DNA from: Candidatus Electronema sp. JM
Lineage (GTDB): Bacteria; Desulfobacterota; Desulfobulbia; Desulfobulbales; Desulfobulbaceae
Length of the DNA: 64,000 bases
Direction: 5' to 3'
Assembly (NCBI RefSeq): GCF_048287415.1
Contig: NZ_JBLWEN010000001.1
Location: forward strand, 88,790-152,789
The notes below the pieces were generated by a model. That model was given only the letters and a program-made list of their open reading frames with translations, was not told where the DNA came from and searched no databases. A program made the translations under genes and the position numbers. Below are positions 9,207 through 20,376 of this stretch, piece by piece. How positions within the stretch are numbered: position 1 is the stretch's first letter; each line of letters opens with the position of its first letter.

Positions 9207-11447
9207 ATGCTGACCCCTGAGCAGCGCAGAAAAAAGCAGCGGCTGATCCGCTGGGTCATAGCCTTCTGCCTGCTGCTGATTCCCTGTCTGATCTGGATGC
9301 AGCGGCAGCTCCTGCAAGGCCAGCTCAACCTGCCGGTATCCAGCACGGTGCTGATCTTCGCCCTGATCAACATCAACGGCCTGCTGCTGCTGCTGCTGCT
9401 TTACCTGATACTCCGCAATCTGGTTGAGCTGCTGTTTGAATGCCGGAACCGAATTATCGGGGCGAGGCTGCGGGCCAAATTGGTGCTTGCCTTTGTCTCG
9501 CTTTCGATTATCCCGACAGCGGCCTTGTTTTTAGTCGCATTAGGATCAGTGTCCACCTCAATGGACTACTGGTTCAACAGCAATGTCGAGGACTCGCTGG
9601 AATCTTCTCTCAAGCTGGCTCAAGGCATATTTCAGGAAACCGAAAACCGGGCCGCCAATATGGGCAGGCAGATCAGTCTGCTGCTGGAAAACATTGATAT
9701 TCGTCTGGAGGACAGCGACGGTCTCCAGCAGCTCTTCAGCAACACCCTTGCTCTTGCCCCTTCCGGCGCGCCAGATGCCTTGGTGCTGATTGATCATCAA
9801 CTGCGGCTGCGGGCCTCTGCCAAAGGGGAGCGGTTGGCTGCAATCGCCCTGCCGGACATCCCCAGCGAGGCACTGCGCCGGGCAGAAAGCAGCCGCAGCC
9901 CGGAGATCGTCACCCGGCAGGTCGGCATCGGCGAGCTGGTGCAGGCTGCTGCGCCGATGCAGTTCAAAGACGGCAGCCGCGCCTTTCTGATCACCAGCCT
10001 GCTCATTCCGTCAGAGCAGTTAGCCCTGATGCAGTCGGTTTCGCAAGGCATCACTGGCTATAAGCAGCTTGTTCTGTTCAAGGCGCCGATCAAGCTGAGT
10101 TTAATCCTCATGCTGCTGATCATCACCCTGCTGATTCTCTTCGGGGCGATTTGGTTCGGTTTTTACATCGCCCGCTCAATGACCAGCTCCATCAACAAGC
10201 TGGCGATCGCCACCCAGCGCATTGCCGAAGGGGATTTGAATTTCACCATCGAGAAGGACTCGGACGACGAGCTGGGCCTGCTGGTGGATTCCTTCAACTC
10301 AATGACCGCCGACCTTTTGGCCAGCAACAGCCAGCTAGCTGAAGCGCATCAGGCCTTGCAGGAGTCAAATCAGATCTCGGAGCAGCGCCGCCGCTATCTG
10401 GAGGCCATCCTCCGCAACGTGGCCGCCGGGGTTATCGCCATCAACGAGCAGCATCAGGTCACGATCATCAATCCCTTTGCCGAAAAGCTGCTGCGCATAG
10501 ACCCCGCGCTCTTCCTGCAACGCGATTTCCATGAGGTGCTGCCCCTCTCGCACGCGGCGATGCTGGAGCAGTTTTTCAGCGACCTGCGCGAGTCCGGCCA
10601 GCGGAGCATTGAGCGGCATCTCAGCCTGACGGTGCGCAAGGGCGAGACCTACTCGCTCTTAGTCAACATCACCCGCCTGCTCGATGACCGCGAGCGGCCC
10701 ATCGGCTACGTCATTGTTTTTGATAATTTGACCAAGCTGGAGAAGGCCCAACGCATCGCAGCCTGGCAGGAAGTGGCCCGCCGCATCGCCCATGAGATCA
10801 AAAACCCGCTCACGCCGATCCAGCTTTCGGCGCAGCGGCTGCGCAAGCGGTATCTGGAAAGCATCAGCAAGGACCGGGAGATATTCGATCAGTGCACAGC
10901 GACCATCATTCAGCAGGTGGACGAGATCAAGCGGCTGGTGACTGAATTCTCCGACTTCGCCCGGATGCCGCGCATCAAGAAGCAGCAGGCGGATTTAACC
11001 GCGCTGGCCGCTGACACGCTGGTGCTCTACCGCGAGGGCTGCAAGCACATTGATTTTCAATTGGAGCGCGGCCAGGTTCCGCCCTTCTCCTTTGATCCGG
11101 TGCAGATCCGCCGCGTGCTGATCAATCTTTTAGACAACGCGGTCAGCGTCCTCAGCAGCGGCGGCGCGGTCAGCCTCGCCATCAGCCTTGACCAGAATGA
11201 GGAAACGGTCAGCGTCTCAGTCAGCGACAACGGCCCCGGCATCCCGGAGGAGGTCAAGCGGCGGCTCTTTGAACCCTACTTCTCCACCCGCAAATCCGGC
11301 ACCGGTCTTGGCTTGGCCATTGCCAACACCATCGTTTCCGAACACAACGGCTCCATCCGCGTGCAGGACAATGCCCCGACCGGCACGACGGTCATCGTGG
11401 AGCTGCCCTTTCTCCGCGAGGAGCCAGCATGTCCGCAAGCATCCTGA
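9207..11447 (+). CDS. ntrY: NtrY-like sensor histidine kinase (multi-TM, HAMP, PAS, HisKA, HATPase_c)
   Basis: It has four or so N-terminal TM helices. The HAMP region is IARSMTSSINKLAIATQRIAEGDLNF, followed by a PAS-like region, the H-box HEIKNPLTPIQLSAQRL, and G-boxes DNGPGIPEE / GTGLGLAI. Its 3' end overlaps the downstream sigma-54 regulator. Confidence 0.8.
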   Translation: MLTPEQRRKKQRLIRWVIAFCLLLIPCLIWMQRQLLQGQLNLPVSSTVLIFALININGLLLLLLLYLILRNLVELLFECRNRIIGARLRAKLVLAFVSLSIIPTAALFLVALGSVSTSMDYWFNSNVEDSLESSLKLAQGIFQETENRAANMGRQISLLLENIDIRLEDSDGLQQLFSNTLALAPSGAPDALVLIDHQLRLRASAKGERLAAIALPDIPSEALRRAESSRSPEIVTRQVGIGELVQAAAPMQFKDGSRAFLITSLLIPSEQLALMQSVSQGITGYKQLVLFKAPIKLSLILMLLIITLLILFGAIWFGFYIARSMTSSINKLAIATQRIAEGDLNFTIEKDSDDELGLLVDSFNSMTADLLASNSQLAEAHQALQESNQISEQRRRYLEAILRNVAAGVIAINEQHQVTIINPFAEKLLRIDPALFLQRDFHEVLPLSHAAMLEQFFSDLRESGQRSIERHLSLTVRKGETYSLLVNITRLLDDRERPIGYVIVFDNLTKLEKAQRIAAWQEVARRIAHEIKNPLTPIQLSAQRLRKRYLESISKDREIFDQCTATIIQQVDEIKRLVTEFSDFARMPRIKKQQADLTALAADTLVLYREGCKHIDFQLERGQVPPFSFDPVQIRRVLINLLDNAVSVLSSGGAVSLAISLDQNEETVSVSVSDNGPGIPEEVKRRLFEPYFSTRKSGTGLGLAIANTIVSEHNGSIRVQDNAPTGTTVIVELPFLREEPACPQAS

Positions 11448-12796
11448 TCATTGACGACGAAAGCGCCATCCGCGAGAGCCTCTCCGGCATTCTGGAGGAC
11501 GAGGGCTTTCAGCCGCTGACCGCCGCCTCCGCCGAAGAGGGGCTGAACCTGCTGGCGCGGCAGGACGTTGATTTGATTCTTTTAGACATCTGGCTGCCGG
11601 GCATGGACGGCATCGAAGCCCTCAAGCGCATCCGGCAGAACTGGAGCGAGGCCCCGGTGATCATGATTTCCGGTCATGGCAGCGTTGAGACCGCAGTGCA
11701 GACCACCCGCATCGGCGCCTTCGATTTCATAGAAAAGCCGCTCTCTTATGACAAGGTGGTGCTGGCGGTCAACCAGGGCCTGCGGCTGGCCCGCTTGGAG
11801 CGCGAGAACCGCCTTCTGCGCGAGGCCGCGCCTGCCGGAGCGGCGATTATCGGCGAATCCCAAGCCATCCGCCAGCTGCGGCGGCAGATCGAGCGGGTCG
11901 CGCCCACAGACGCTTCCGTGCTGATTCTCGGCGGCCACGGCACCGGCAAGGAGCTGGCCGCGCAGGCTGTGCACCGCCAGTCGTCCCGCGCCGCCAGCCC
12001 GATGGTCGCGGTCAACTGCGCCGCCATCCCAGAGGAGCTGATTGAGTCCGAACTTTTCGGCTATGAGAAAGGGGCCTTCACCGGCGCGGACAAGGCCAAG
12101 CAGGGCAAATTTGACCAGGCCGACGGCTCAACGCTCTTTCTCGATGAAATCGGCGACATGAGCCTGAAGAGTCAGGCCAAGGTGCTGCGCGTCCTGCAAG
12201 AGAAGAACTTCGAGCGGGTCGGCGGCGGCAGGATGATTGAGGTGGATGTGCGCATCCTGGCAGCCACCAACAAGGATTTGGAGCAGGAAATCAAAGCTGG
12301 AAATTTCCGCGCCGACCTTTTCTACCGCCTGAACGTCATCCCGCTGCGCATCCCGGATTTGAAGGAGCGGCTGGAGGACATCCCGCTCCTTGCGGCGGAA
12401 TTCCTCCGCCAGCTCCGCAGCCGGGGCTTGGGCGAGAAGCGTTTAGACGACGGTGCGCTGGCCCTGCTCATGCGCCACAGCTGGCCCGGCAACATCCGCG
12501 AGCTGCGCAACCTGATCGAGCGGTTGGTGATCATGACTCCCGGCCAGCTTATCACCGCCGAGGATGTGAGCTTCTTTCTTCAGCCCAGCGCGGCACGGCC
12601 CATTCAGTCTGTCAGCCTGCCGGATTGGTGCCGCTTCGGCTTCAAGGAGGCGCGGCGGCAATTTGAGCACGATTATCTCTGCAAAAAGCTGGAAGAATGC
12701 GGCGGCAACATTTCCAAGACGGCGGAGACAATCGGCCTGGAGCGCAGCCATCTGCACAAGAAGCTGAAGGCATTGGGCATCAAGGCCGAGGAATAG
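11429..12796 (+). CDS. ntrX: NtrX/NtrC-family sigma-54-dependent response regulator
   Basis: It has a receiver (ILIIDDE...LILLDIWLPGMDG), an AAA+ sigma-54 activation domain with Walker A GGHGTGKE, the GAFTGA motif (EKGAFTGADK), an ESELFGYEKG box, and a C-terminal Fis-type HTH. Confidence 0.88.
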   Translation: MSASILIIDDESAIRESLSGILEDEGFQPLTAASAEEGLNLLARQDVDLILLDIWLPGMDGIEALKRIRQNWSEAPVIMISGHGSVETAVQTTRIGAFDFIEKPLSYDKVVLAVNQGLRLARLERENRLLREAAPAGAAIIGESQAIRQLRRQIERVAPTDASVLILGGHGTGKELAAQAVHRQSSRAASPMVAVNCAAIPEELIESELFGYEKGAFTGADKAKQGKFDQADGSTLFLDEIGDMSLKSQAKVLRVLQEKNFERVGGGRMIEVDVRILAATNKDLEQEIKAGNFRADLFYRLNVIPLRIPDLKERLEDIPLLAAEFLRQLRSRGLGEKRLDDGALALLMRHSWPGNIRELRNLIERLVIMTPGQLITAEDVSFFLQPSAARPIQSVSLPDWCRFGFKEARRQFEHDYLCKKLEECGGNISKTAETIGLERSHLHKKLKALGIKAEE

Positions 12797-13061
12797 GGTG
12801 AAGGGCCGACTTGCGCAGGGAATTGCTATCGGCATAGAGCAAGGCATTGCGTGGAAGACTAAACTCGAACCCGCCAGAATCATGCTGTAACGGCATGCCT
12901 GCCGAGCTGATTTGCAGATACACCGTATCGGCAAAGAGACGATTGAACGCCTTCGGGCGGAGATGTAATATGAAATCAAGGATAAATTTGCAATGGCAGA
13001 AAAATTCTGACAGAAGATCAGGAATTGCAAGCATCTCTTTCACCTGAATTAACAAACGCCA

Positions 13062-14159
13062 ATGACTGAAATCACCACAACCATCCCCCACGTCCGCCAG
13101 CGGATTGACGAGATAGACAGCAATATCCTCCGCCTGCTTCAGGAGCGCCTGAGCTGCGCTAAGGAAATCGGCAGGCTCAAGGCGCAGTCCAATCTGCTGA
13201 CTTGGGATCCGCAGCGCGAACGCGCCATTTACGCCCGCCTCTTGGAAGAAAACAGCGGCATCTTCCCGGAAGACGCTGTGCGCAGCGTCTTTCATGAAAT
13301 CATCACCGCCTGCCGCTTGGCCCAGAAACAGGACGAAGTCGCCTTTCTGGGGCCGGAGGGCACCTTCACCCACCTTGCCGGGGTGCGGCATTTCGGCACG
13401 TCCGCCCTCTACCGCCCAGCGGAGTCCATCGAGGATGTCTTCAACGAGGTGGAGAAGGGCCGGGTGCAGCACGGCGTGGTGCCGGTGGAGAACTCCACCG
13501 AAGGCTCGGTCTTCTGGACGCTGGACTCGTTCATGAAGTACAAGGTCAAGATTTGCGGCGAGCTGCAACTGCCTATCCGCCACAATCTCGTGTGCAGCTC
13601 CGGCAGGATTGAGGACATTCAGGCTGTGGCCTCGCACGCCCAGCCGCTGGCGCAATGCCGCGAGTGGCTGCGCAAGCACCTGCCCGGTATTTCCACTCTG
13701 ACCATGCCTTCCACCGCCGCTGCGGCGCAGATGGCGGCGGAGAATCCGAACATCGGCGCAATCGTCAGCGACTTGGCGGTGAAGCTCTACGCGGTGCAGG
13801 TCGCGGTGCCGGGGATTGAGGACTATCAGGGCAACACCACGCGCTTTCTCATCATCAGCAATCACTCGCACTCGCGCAGCGGCAGCGACAAGACCTCGCT
13901 TCTGCTCGGCTTGGCGGACAAGCCCGGCGCGCTGAAGGAGGCGTTGACCATCCTGTCCGACAAAGGCATCAATCTGGCCAAGATTGAATCCAGGCCAATG
14001 AAGGGCAAACGCTGGCAGTACCTCTTCTTCATGGACCTGATCGGCCACATTGAAGACGCGGTGATTCAGGACGGCTGCGAGGCCTTGAAGCAGATATGCT
14101 CCTATTATGAATGGCTCGGCTCCTATCCCAAGGCCGTTGAGCCTGAGGCAGGAATTTGA
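13062..14159 (+). CDS. pheA: Bifunctional chorismate mutase / prephenate dehydratase (P-protein)
   Basis: There is an N-terminal chorismate mutase helix (IDEIDSNILRLLQERLSCAKEIGRLK), a PDT domain (VAFLGPEGTFTHLAG...TRFLII), and a C-terminal ACT domain (SLLLGLADKPGALKEALTILSDKGINLAKIESRP). Confidence 0.9.
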   Translation: MTEITTTIPHVRQRIDEIDSNILRLLQERLSCAKEIGRLKAQSNLLTWDPQRERAIYARLLEENSGIFPEDAVRSVFHEIITACRLAQKQDEVAFLGPEGTFTHLAGVRHFGTSALYRPAESIEDVFNEVEKGRVQHGVVPVENSTEGSVFWTLDSFMKYKVKICGELQLPIRHNLVCSSGRIEDIQAVASHAQPLAQCREWLRKHLPGISTLTMPSTAAAAQMAAENPNIGAIVSDLAVKLYAVQVAVPGIEDYQGNTTRFLIISNHSHSRSGSDKTSLLLGLADKPGALKEALTILSDKGINLAKIESRPMKGKRWQYLFFMDLIGHIEDAVIQDGCEALKQICSYYEWLGSYPKAVEPEAGI

Positions 14160-14301
14160 CCGCTGGGCTTGCCGCACTCCAAATTTAGCTGACCAATGCT
14201 ATGCTGCGAAGAGCATGATGTCAACTAAGCTGCATTTTTCTCAATGAAGCAGATTTGATGCCGAAGCCGCCGACACGCCGCCTCGTGTCCTGCATCCATT
14301 C

Positions 14302-14720
14302 TTGATGCTGTCAGCTTTCATGCAGCGTATATCAAGCGGCTCCAGCAGACGGTTGAGGATCAATGACCATATTGACAGTCATCCCGGCATGAAGCAGGAC
14401 ATGGAGCTGCTGGTCAACATTCCGGCGGTCGGGCCGCAGACCGGCAGCAAGATGCCCGCAGTCATGAAAGCCCGCCATTTTCAATCTGCCGAGCAGCTCG
14501 CCGCTTATTTGGGCCGGGCACCTCTCGAAGACAGGTCCGGCCAAACTTCGGGCTGTGCCGCACATGGCCGCTGTTGTGGCCGTTCGGCGTAATCCGAACA
14601 TCAAAGCCCCCTATGCACAACTGCTTTCGCGGCAAATCCACAATGTCGGCTTTGGGGGCTGCAATGCGCAAGCTCGCTCATTCTGCTTCGGCGTGGTGCT
14701 CACTTGCTATTCTGCTCCAG
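14302..14720 (+). pseudogene. IS110-family transposase C-terminal remnant. It is frameshifted and lacks the N-terminal DEDD catalytic domain.
   Basis: IS110-like C-terminal motifs are split across three frames: LLVNIPAVGPQTGSKMPA...FQSAEQLAAYLGRAPLEDRSGQTSG, then AVVAVRRNPNIKAPYAQLLSRQ, then AAMRKLAHSA. The fragment abuts the 3' end of gyrA. Confidence 0.6.
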
Positions 14721-17247
14721 CTCTATCACTCTCCCCGCTGTCCTCCGCGCCGTCTTCCTCTGCCTCCACATCGCCGGATGAGCGCGCCAAGATGGACATG
14801 TCCACTACCTTTTCGCCCTCGCCGAGATTGATCATCCGCACGCCCTGCGTGTTGCGGCCAATCACCCGGAAGGAGTCCATGGGCAGGCGGATCACCTTGG
14901 CCGAGTTGGCGATCAGCATGACCTGATCGCTGTCCTCCACTTGCAGTGCGCCGACCACCAAGCCATTGCGCTCGCTGGTCTTGATGGTGGAGACACCCTT
15001 GCCGCCACGGCTTTGCAGGCGGTACTCAGAGATGGCTGTGCGCTTGCCGTAACCATTCTCAGTCACAGTGAGGATGGACGTGGACTCGCAGTCGCTCTTC
15101 TTCAGCACCACCGCGCCGACCACCTCGTCCTCGTCCACCAGCGTGATGCCCTTGACCCCGCTGGCGACGCGGCCCATCTCGCGCACGTCATCCTCATGGA
15201 AGTGAATGGACTGGCCGTGCCGCGTGACAAGGAAGACCTCGTCCTCGCCGGAAGTGACAGCCGCGCAGAGTATCTCGTCGTCCTCGCGGATGGTCAGGCC
15301 GATCTTGCCCTTGCGCATGGGCCGCTTGTACTCAGCGATGCTGGTCTTCTTGACGATGCCTTTCTTGGTCACCGTGAGGATGGAGAGGGCCTCGTCAGCA
15401 TGGGCAAGATCAGCTATGGGCAGGATGGCCGCCACCTTCTCGCCCTCGGCCAGCTCCAGCAGATTGACTATTGCCCGGCCTTTCGCTGTACGCCCGCCTT
15501 CAGGCAGCTCATAGACCTTGCGCCAGAAGACGCGGCCCCGGTTGGTGAAGAAGAGGAAGGTGTCGAGCGTCGAGGCGGCATACAGGCCGGAGACAAAGTC
15601 GTCCTTGACATCGGCCATGCCCGCCACGCCCTTGCCGCCGCGCCGCTGCGCCCGGTAGAGACTGAGCGCGGCGCGTTTGATGTAGCCATTGTGCGAGACG
15701 GTGACCACCATCTCCTCGTCGGCGATCATGTCTTCCGGCAGTATCTCATCCGCCGCCTCGATGATCTCCGTGCGCCGCGCGTCGCCGTACTGCTCGCGGA
15801 TCTCGCGGAACTCGTCGCGGATGATCTGCATGACCAGCGCGTCGTCCGCCAGTACCTTCTTCAGCCAGGCGATGCGCTCAAGGATCTCCGCATACTCCTG
15901 CATGATCTTGTCGCGCTCCAAGCCGGTGAGGCGTTGCAGGCGCATGTCCAAGATCACTTGCGCTTGCAGCTCGGACAGAGCGAAGCGCTCCATCAGCCCG
16001 GCCTTGGCCTCCGGCGGGCCAGCAGCGGCGCGGATCATGTCCACCGCCGCGTCGAGATTGTCGAGAGCGATCTTCAGCCCTTCTAAGAGGTGGGCGCGCT
16101 CCTCAGCTTTGCCTAAGTCAAAGGCGGTGCGGCGGTACACCACCGTGCGCCGGTGCTCCAAGAAGTGAACGAGCAGCTGCTTGAGGTTAAGTATCTCTGG
16201 CCTGCCGTTGACGATGCAGAGCATGATCACGCCGAAGCTCTTTTGCAGCGGCGTGAGGCTGTAGAGCTGGTTGATGGTCACGTCCGGGTTCTCGTCCCGC
16301 TTCAGATCCATGACGATGCGCAGGCCGTCGCGGTCAGACTCGTCGCGCACCTCGGCAATGCCCGGCAGCCGCTTCTCCTTCATCAGCAGAGCGATGCGCT
16401 GCACAAGATCGGCCTTGTTCTGCTGATAGGGCACCTCAGTAACAACGATGGCCTCGCCTTCGCCCTTTTTGCGCCGCTCCACGTGCAGCCTGCCGCGCAT
16501 GACGATCCTGCCGCGTCCCGTCTCGTAGGCCTCGCGGATGCCCGCTCTGCCGCAGATGAAGCCGCCGGTGGGGAAGTCCGGGCCGCTGATCTGCTCCAGC
16601 AGCTCCAGCACGCTGATGCCGGGCCGGTCAATCAGCGCGAGCAGGCCGTCCATCAGCTCGCTCAGATTGTGCGGCGGAATCTTGGTGGCCATGCCCACCG
16701 CGATGCCTTCCGAGCCGTTGAGAAGCAGGTTCGGGATGCGCGAGGGCAGGACGGTCGGCTCCTGCTGCGAGCCGTCATAGTTGGGAATGAAATCCACCGT
16801 GTCCTTCTCGATGTCCGCCACCAGCTCCTGATCCAGCCTGCTCATGCGGGCCTCGGTGTAGCGCATGGCCGCCGCCGAGTCGCCGTCCATGGAGCCGAAG
16901 TTGCCCTGGCCGTCCACGAGCGGATAGCGCAGCGAGAAGTCCTGGGCCATGCGCACGATGGTGTCGTACACCGCCGTGTCGCCATGCGGGTGGTATTTGC
17001 CGATCACGTCGCCGACGATGCGGGCCGACTTGACGTAGGGCCGGTTGTGGAATGTGCCCAGCTCGCGCATGGCGTAGAGGCAGCGCCGGTGCACCGGCTT
17101 GAGGCCGTCGCGCACATCAGGCAGGGCGCGGCCGACAATCACGGACATGGCGTAGTCCAGATAGGACTTGCGCAGCTCCTTCTCTATGTCAACGGTCTGA
17201 ATCGCTTCGGGCAGGACTTCGTCCTGCGCTGCTTCTACTGTGGTCAT
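14707..17247 (-). CDS. gyrA: DNA gyrase subunit A
   Basis: The N-terminus is canonical ([28 protein letters not shown]...), the active-site region is AAMRYTE, and the C-terminus has beta-pinwheel repeats. Total length is 846 aa. Confidence 0.97.
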   Translation of the reverse strand: MTTVEAAQDEVLPEAIQTVDIEKELRKSYLDYAMSVIVGRALPDVRDGLKPVHRRCLYAMRELGTFHNRPYVKSARIVGDVIGKYHPHGDTAVYDTIVRMAQDFSLRYPLVDGQGNFGSMDGDSAAAMRYTEARMSRLDQELVADIEKDTVDFIPNYDGSQQEPTVLPSRIPNLLLNGSEGIAVGMATKIPPHNLSELMDGLLALIDRPGISVLELLEQISGPDFPTGGFICGRAGIREAYETGRGRIVMRGRLHVERRKKGEGEAIVVTEVPYQQNKADLVQRIALLMKEKRLPGIAEVRDESDRDGLRIVMDLKRDENPDVTINQLYSLTPLQKSFGVIMLCIVNGRPEILNLKQLLVHFLEHRRTVVYRRTAFDLGKAEERAHLLEGLKIALDNLDAAVDMIRAAAGPPEAKAGLMERFALSELQAQVILDMRLQRLTGLERDKIMQEYAEILERIAWLKKVLADDALVMQIIRDEFREIREQYGDARRTEIIEAADEILPEDMIADEEMVVTVSHNGYIKRAALSLYRAQRRGGKGVAGMADVKDDFVSGLYAASTLDTFLFFTNRGRVFWRKVYELPEGGRTAKGRAIVNLLELAEGEKVAAILPIADLAHADEALSILTVTKKGIVKKTSIAEYKRPMRKGKIGLTIREDDEILCAAVTSGEDEVFLVTRHGQSIHFHEDDVREMGRVASGVKGITLVDEDEVVGAVVLKKSDCESTSILTVTENGYGKRTAISEYRLQSRGGKGVSTIKTSERNGLVVGALQVEDSDQVMLIANSAKVIRLPMDSFRVIGRNTQGVRMINLGEGEKVVDMSILARSSGDVEAEEDGAEDSGESDRAGAE

Positions 17248-17280
17248 GCCTTGCCTTGTGTCGTGGTTGCCGGCCGCGGA

Positions 17281-17688
17281 TCAGCGCAGGCCGTTCTCAT
17301 TGAAGAATGCGCTGTACTTCTTGTCTGTGCCCTTGATGTGGCCTTGCAGCCAGTCGCGCAGGAAGTACAGGGTGTCTATGGAGACCGTCAGGCGGCCTCC
17401 CTCAAAGTCGATCTGGAACTCAGTCACCTTCTTGACAAAGGCGGCGTGCTCCTTCACATGCGCCGTTGTGTCCGGGTATTTGAACTGGGCGAAGTACTTC
17501 TCCTCCGCCTTGAAATGGGTGTCGGTGTAGCTGATCAGGCCGCTGAGGATCCTGCCCAGCACATCCTTCCCCTTGCCGCTCTTCATTGCGTCGTGCAGCT
17601 CGTTGATCATCGCCACCAGCTTGCGGTGCTGGCTGTCGATCTCCGCCACATTGACGCTCAAGCTCTCGTCCCACGCTATCAGGCTCAT
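17281..17688 (-). CDS. Hemerythrin-like (bacteriohemerythrin) metal-binding protein
   Basis: Key motifs are MSLIAWDESLSVNVAEIDSQHRKLV and H...HF..EE..F...YPD...H..EH. The internal Met with RBS GGGAGGG is the likely start; the tool ORF extends to 17730. Confidence 0.8.
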   Translation of the reverse strand: MSLIAWDESLSVNVAEIDSQHRKLVAMINELHDAMKSGKGKDVLGRILSGLISYTDTHFKAEEKYFAQFKYPDTTAHVKEHAAFVKKVTEFQIDFEGGRLTVSIDTLYFLRDWLQGHIKGTDKKYSAFFNENGLR

Positions 17689-17713
17689 TTTGGCACCCTC
17701 CCTGTTTGCTTGG

Positions 17714-18586
17714 TTATTGTGGTGTTGCATTCTTACTGAAATATTTTTTCATGAGAATGAACCGTTCAACAGCGCAATCATTTCTAAGTTTCATGTATTT
17801 GCCATCAAATGGAGTTGGTGCATGCAGGCAGGCGAATTTTTCATCATATACAGTAAGCAGAACACCTCTCGCCCGTGTGAAGAAATCAGCATGTTCTAAT
17901 TTTTTAAGCTTGTTGTCCCAGCCGACTTTTTTTATCCTGTCTGTTCTGCAGATAAAAAAATTTGGCACTTTATCGTAAACAGGAAGGCCTGAAATTTTGC
18001 TGCCGATTGGAGCCACAGGCTGAGAATCAGTCGGATACAAACCTATCTTGCTGTAAGCATGAATTGTAAAAAAAGGAAGGTCAATCACCTTTCCTCCTAA
18101 TATATCAATTCTTGAATCAGAATCTATCAAATAAAGACTATCCTCTATCTTTGTTTTTCTGAAAAAGACAAAATCGTCATCTAAAAAAAGCGTGTACTTT
18201 GTTGCAACGCAACCTAACGCCGCATTTCGTCCTGCGGATATGCCTGAATTATATGGCATGGTTATCTTCTCAACGCTCTTGACTTCTTCTGGATGCAGAC
18301 TGTCATCAACTACAATAATTTTAATAGATGGATAATATTTCCTTATACTCCGCAGAAGACGGACAAGTGCTTTGTAACGTTCAAATGTTTTTATAACAAT
18401 CGTTAGTTCATTCAGCAGCTCGCTGTTGCTTGGAGCGGCAGGTTTTAGTGAATCAAGAAAATTTTGCAGTGCCAATTCAAGATAAATAACAAAATCGTAA
18501 AAAAATTTAGCAACAAATTGAACCCTGCTGCCCATCAGAGCATATTTTATCTTTTTCAGATAAAAAAAAGCGATATTTTTATTCAT
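17714..18586 (-). CDS. Glycosyltransferase (GT2-like), AT-rich and likely horizontally acquired
   Basis: Motifs are LTIVIKTFERYKALVRLLRSIRKYYPSIKIIVVDDS and DDDFVF (a DxD-like motif). The gene is visibly AT-rich against a GC-rich background. Confidence 0.6.
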   Translation of the reverse strand: MNKNIAFFYLKKIKYALMGSRVQFVAKFFYDFVIYLELALQNFLDSLKPAAPSNSELLNELTIVIKTFERYKALVRLLRSIRKYYPSIKIIVVDDSLHPEEVKSVEKITMPYNSGISAGRNAALGCVATKYTLFLDDDFVFFRKTKIEDSLYLIDSDSRIDILGGKVIDLPFFTIHAYSKIGLYPTDSQPVAPIGSKISGLPVYDKVPNFFICRTDRIKKVGWDNKLKKLEHADFFTRARGVLLTVYDEKFACLHAPTPFDGKYMKLRNDCAVERFILMKKYFSKNATPQ

Positions 18587-19523
18587 GCGACTTGCTTTCC
18601 TTCATTAAATTTTGTTGTTTCTGCTCCTGTAAGCTGGCCAGTTCCTCGCCGGACAGGCCAGTGCTGGCAGCAATAACCTCCAGCGCGACACCGTGCGCCA
18701 GCAGGCTGCGGGCAACAGCGAGCTTCTCCTCACGTTTTCCCTGTTCCATGCCTTGTGCCATGCCCTTCGCCAAGCCATCCTTCTCCGCCTTGGCCAGCGC
18801 TCCCTGCTGGAGCATGATGAAGTCCCGGCGTTTGAACTGCATCTCCAGCTCCTCCTCGTTCAGGGCGGCAGTGTTGGCCAAATCAAAGGCATCAAGCAGC
18901 GGCGGCTCAGTGAAGGTCTTGGGGATGAAGTCAAGGCTGCCAGCGTGCTTGATGAAGTATATCCATTTATCGGTGACGGAATCCAGCTCAGTCTCGCTTT
19001 TGCTGAATTTTGGCAGCTCGATGAAGATCAGCTCAATGTCGCCATTGTACTGAACAAGCTGCTCTTTTTCTCTGAGATCCCAATACGAAATAGCCTTGCC
19101 GAACTCAGGGAACATCGCAAAGTCGGTGATGGTCAGGGCTATGACCGGCTCCAAGCTGGCGTAGTGCTGCGAGCGTTTGAGCTGAGATGAGTAAAGTTTG
19201 GCGGCGTTGTACAACACCCGCTTCTCAAAGCCCTCGACATTCAGCACCTGCATCTCGACGATCACCCTGCGCTGATTGGACAGCACCGCCTTCACGTCCA
19301 CATAGCTGTCTTTCATGCCTTTTAATAGCGGCACCTGATACGGATCAACTATGGTCAGGTCGGTAATTTGCGCATCTTCAAAGTCAATCACGGCATTGAG
19401 GAAGTCAATCAGGATGCCTTTTGACTGCTCGCTGCCGAAGTTTGGCAATCTCTTCTTCAGATAATCCCGTGCTGGCAGCGATGACCGCCGATGCAACGCC
19501 ATGCGCCAGCAGATTGCGGGCAA
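18579..19523 (-). CDS. Rpn-family recombination-promoting nuclease / putative transposase (PD-(D/E)XK, transposase_31-like), copy 1
   Basis: The N-terminus is ILIDFLNAVIDFEDAQITDLTIVDPYQ...VDVKAV...VIVEMQV. The C-terminal helix LLAHGVALEVIAASTGLSGEELASL is typical of Rpn/YhgA-like proteins. The exact start is uncertain because it overlaps copy 2 in another frame. Confidence 0.7.
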   Translation of the reverse strand: MPAICWRMALHRRSSLPARDYLKKRLPNFGSEQSKGILIDFLNAVIDFEDAQITDLTIVDPYQVPLLKGMKDSYVDVKAVLSNQRRVIVEMQVLNVEGFEKRVLYNAAKLYSSQLKRSQHYASLEPVIALTITDFAMFPEFGKAISYWDLREKEQLVQYNGDIELIFIELPKFSKSETELDSVTDKWIYFIKHAGSLDFIPKTFTEPPLLDAFDLANTAALNEEELEMQFKRRDFIMLQQGALAKAEKDGLAKGMAQGMEQGKREEKLAVARSLLAHGVALEVIAASTGLSGEELASLQEQKQQNLMKESKSHE

Positions 19524-20286
19524 TAGCGATTTTTTCTTCGTATTTCCCTTCGGTGCGTCCCTCTTCCTTTGAAGACCAGAGCATGGACTGCTGATACGAC
19601 ATATTTAGCATATATTCATCATAGGCTTTGCGCTGCGGCTCATCTAAATTCATCATCCGCAGCCGTGCCGAGGCTTCTTGGATATGCTTGGCCCTGAAAT
19701 CAGGGCGCACTTCGCTGTGCTTGAGCATGTAAATCCATTCATCCAATCCAGACTGCACTTTATCGGGGAAATCCTCAACGCGAATAAGGTAATGCTCAGG
19801 AAATATTTTGCGCACATCGCTGATGCCGAACAGCTCCTGCTGTCTGTTGCTCAGGCTGAGTATATCTTTGCTGTGAACGCCGACAAAATTGGTGGAGCCG
19901 TAATAGAGATAATCTGTGCCGATGCCAAGACTGAAATAGGTGATGCTGACCGAGATGATTTTTTTGATTTCCCGGTACGGCTGGCCTTTTTCTAAATATT
20001 CGGTCATCAGTTTGGCGACACCGTAGGCGATGCGGTGGAAGAAATCGTATTCCGATTTCACCTGCACTTCAATCAGCAGCAACTCGCCTTTGCTGTTTTC
20101 AACCAGCAAATCAACGCGGTTGAATTTATCGAGGCTGTCTTCCTGATTGCTTTCGCTCTCCAAGAGATTGACGACGGTGACATCTTCATCAAGCACGGCA
20201 GTGAGGAAGCCTTCCAGAACGGAAAAATTGGCTTTGTCGCGCAGCAGCTTTTTGATAGCCCAGTCAAAGCGGATGAGTTTTTCCAT
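19405..20286 (-). CDS. Rpn-family recombination-promoting nuclease / putative transposase, copy 2 (tandem paralog)
   Basis: Motifs are NFSVLEGFLTAVL...LLIEVQV and the C-terminal LLAHGVASAVIAASTGLSEEEIAKL. It is a paralog of the adjacent gene. Confidence 0.7.
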   Translation of the reverse strand: MEKLIRFDWAIKKLLRDKANFSVLEGFLTAVLDEDVTVVNLLESESNQEDSLDKFNRVDLLVENSKGELLLIEVQVKSEYDFFHRIAYGVAKLMTEYLEKGQPYREIKKIISVSITYFSLGIGTDYLYYGSTNFVGVHSKDILSLSNRQQELFGISDVRKIFPEHYLIRVEDFPDKVQSGLDEWIYMLKHSEVRPDFRAKHIQEASARLRMMNLDEPQRKAYDEYMLNMSYQQSMLWSSKEEGRTEGKYEEKIAIARNLLAHGVASAVIAASTGLSEEEIAKLRQRAVKRHPD

Positions 20287-20376
20287 GTTACGGTCTATTC
20301 AAAATCAATTACAAGGAAAATTTTTATGGTTATTCCGAGCACAACGAGGAATCTTTGCTGCTTCTGAAACATCCAT

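Noticed and set aside
12957-13037. Short ORF upstream of pheA as a possible attenuator leader peptide
   Set aside because: The peptide is not Phe-rich, and no obvious alternative terminator or antiterminator hairpins were seen.
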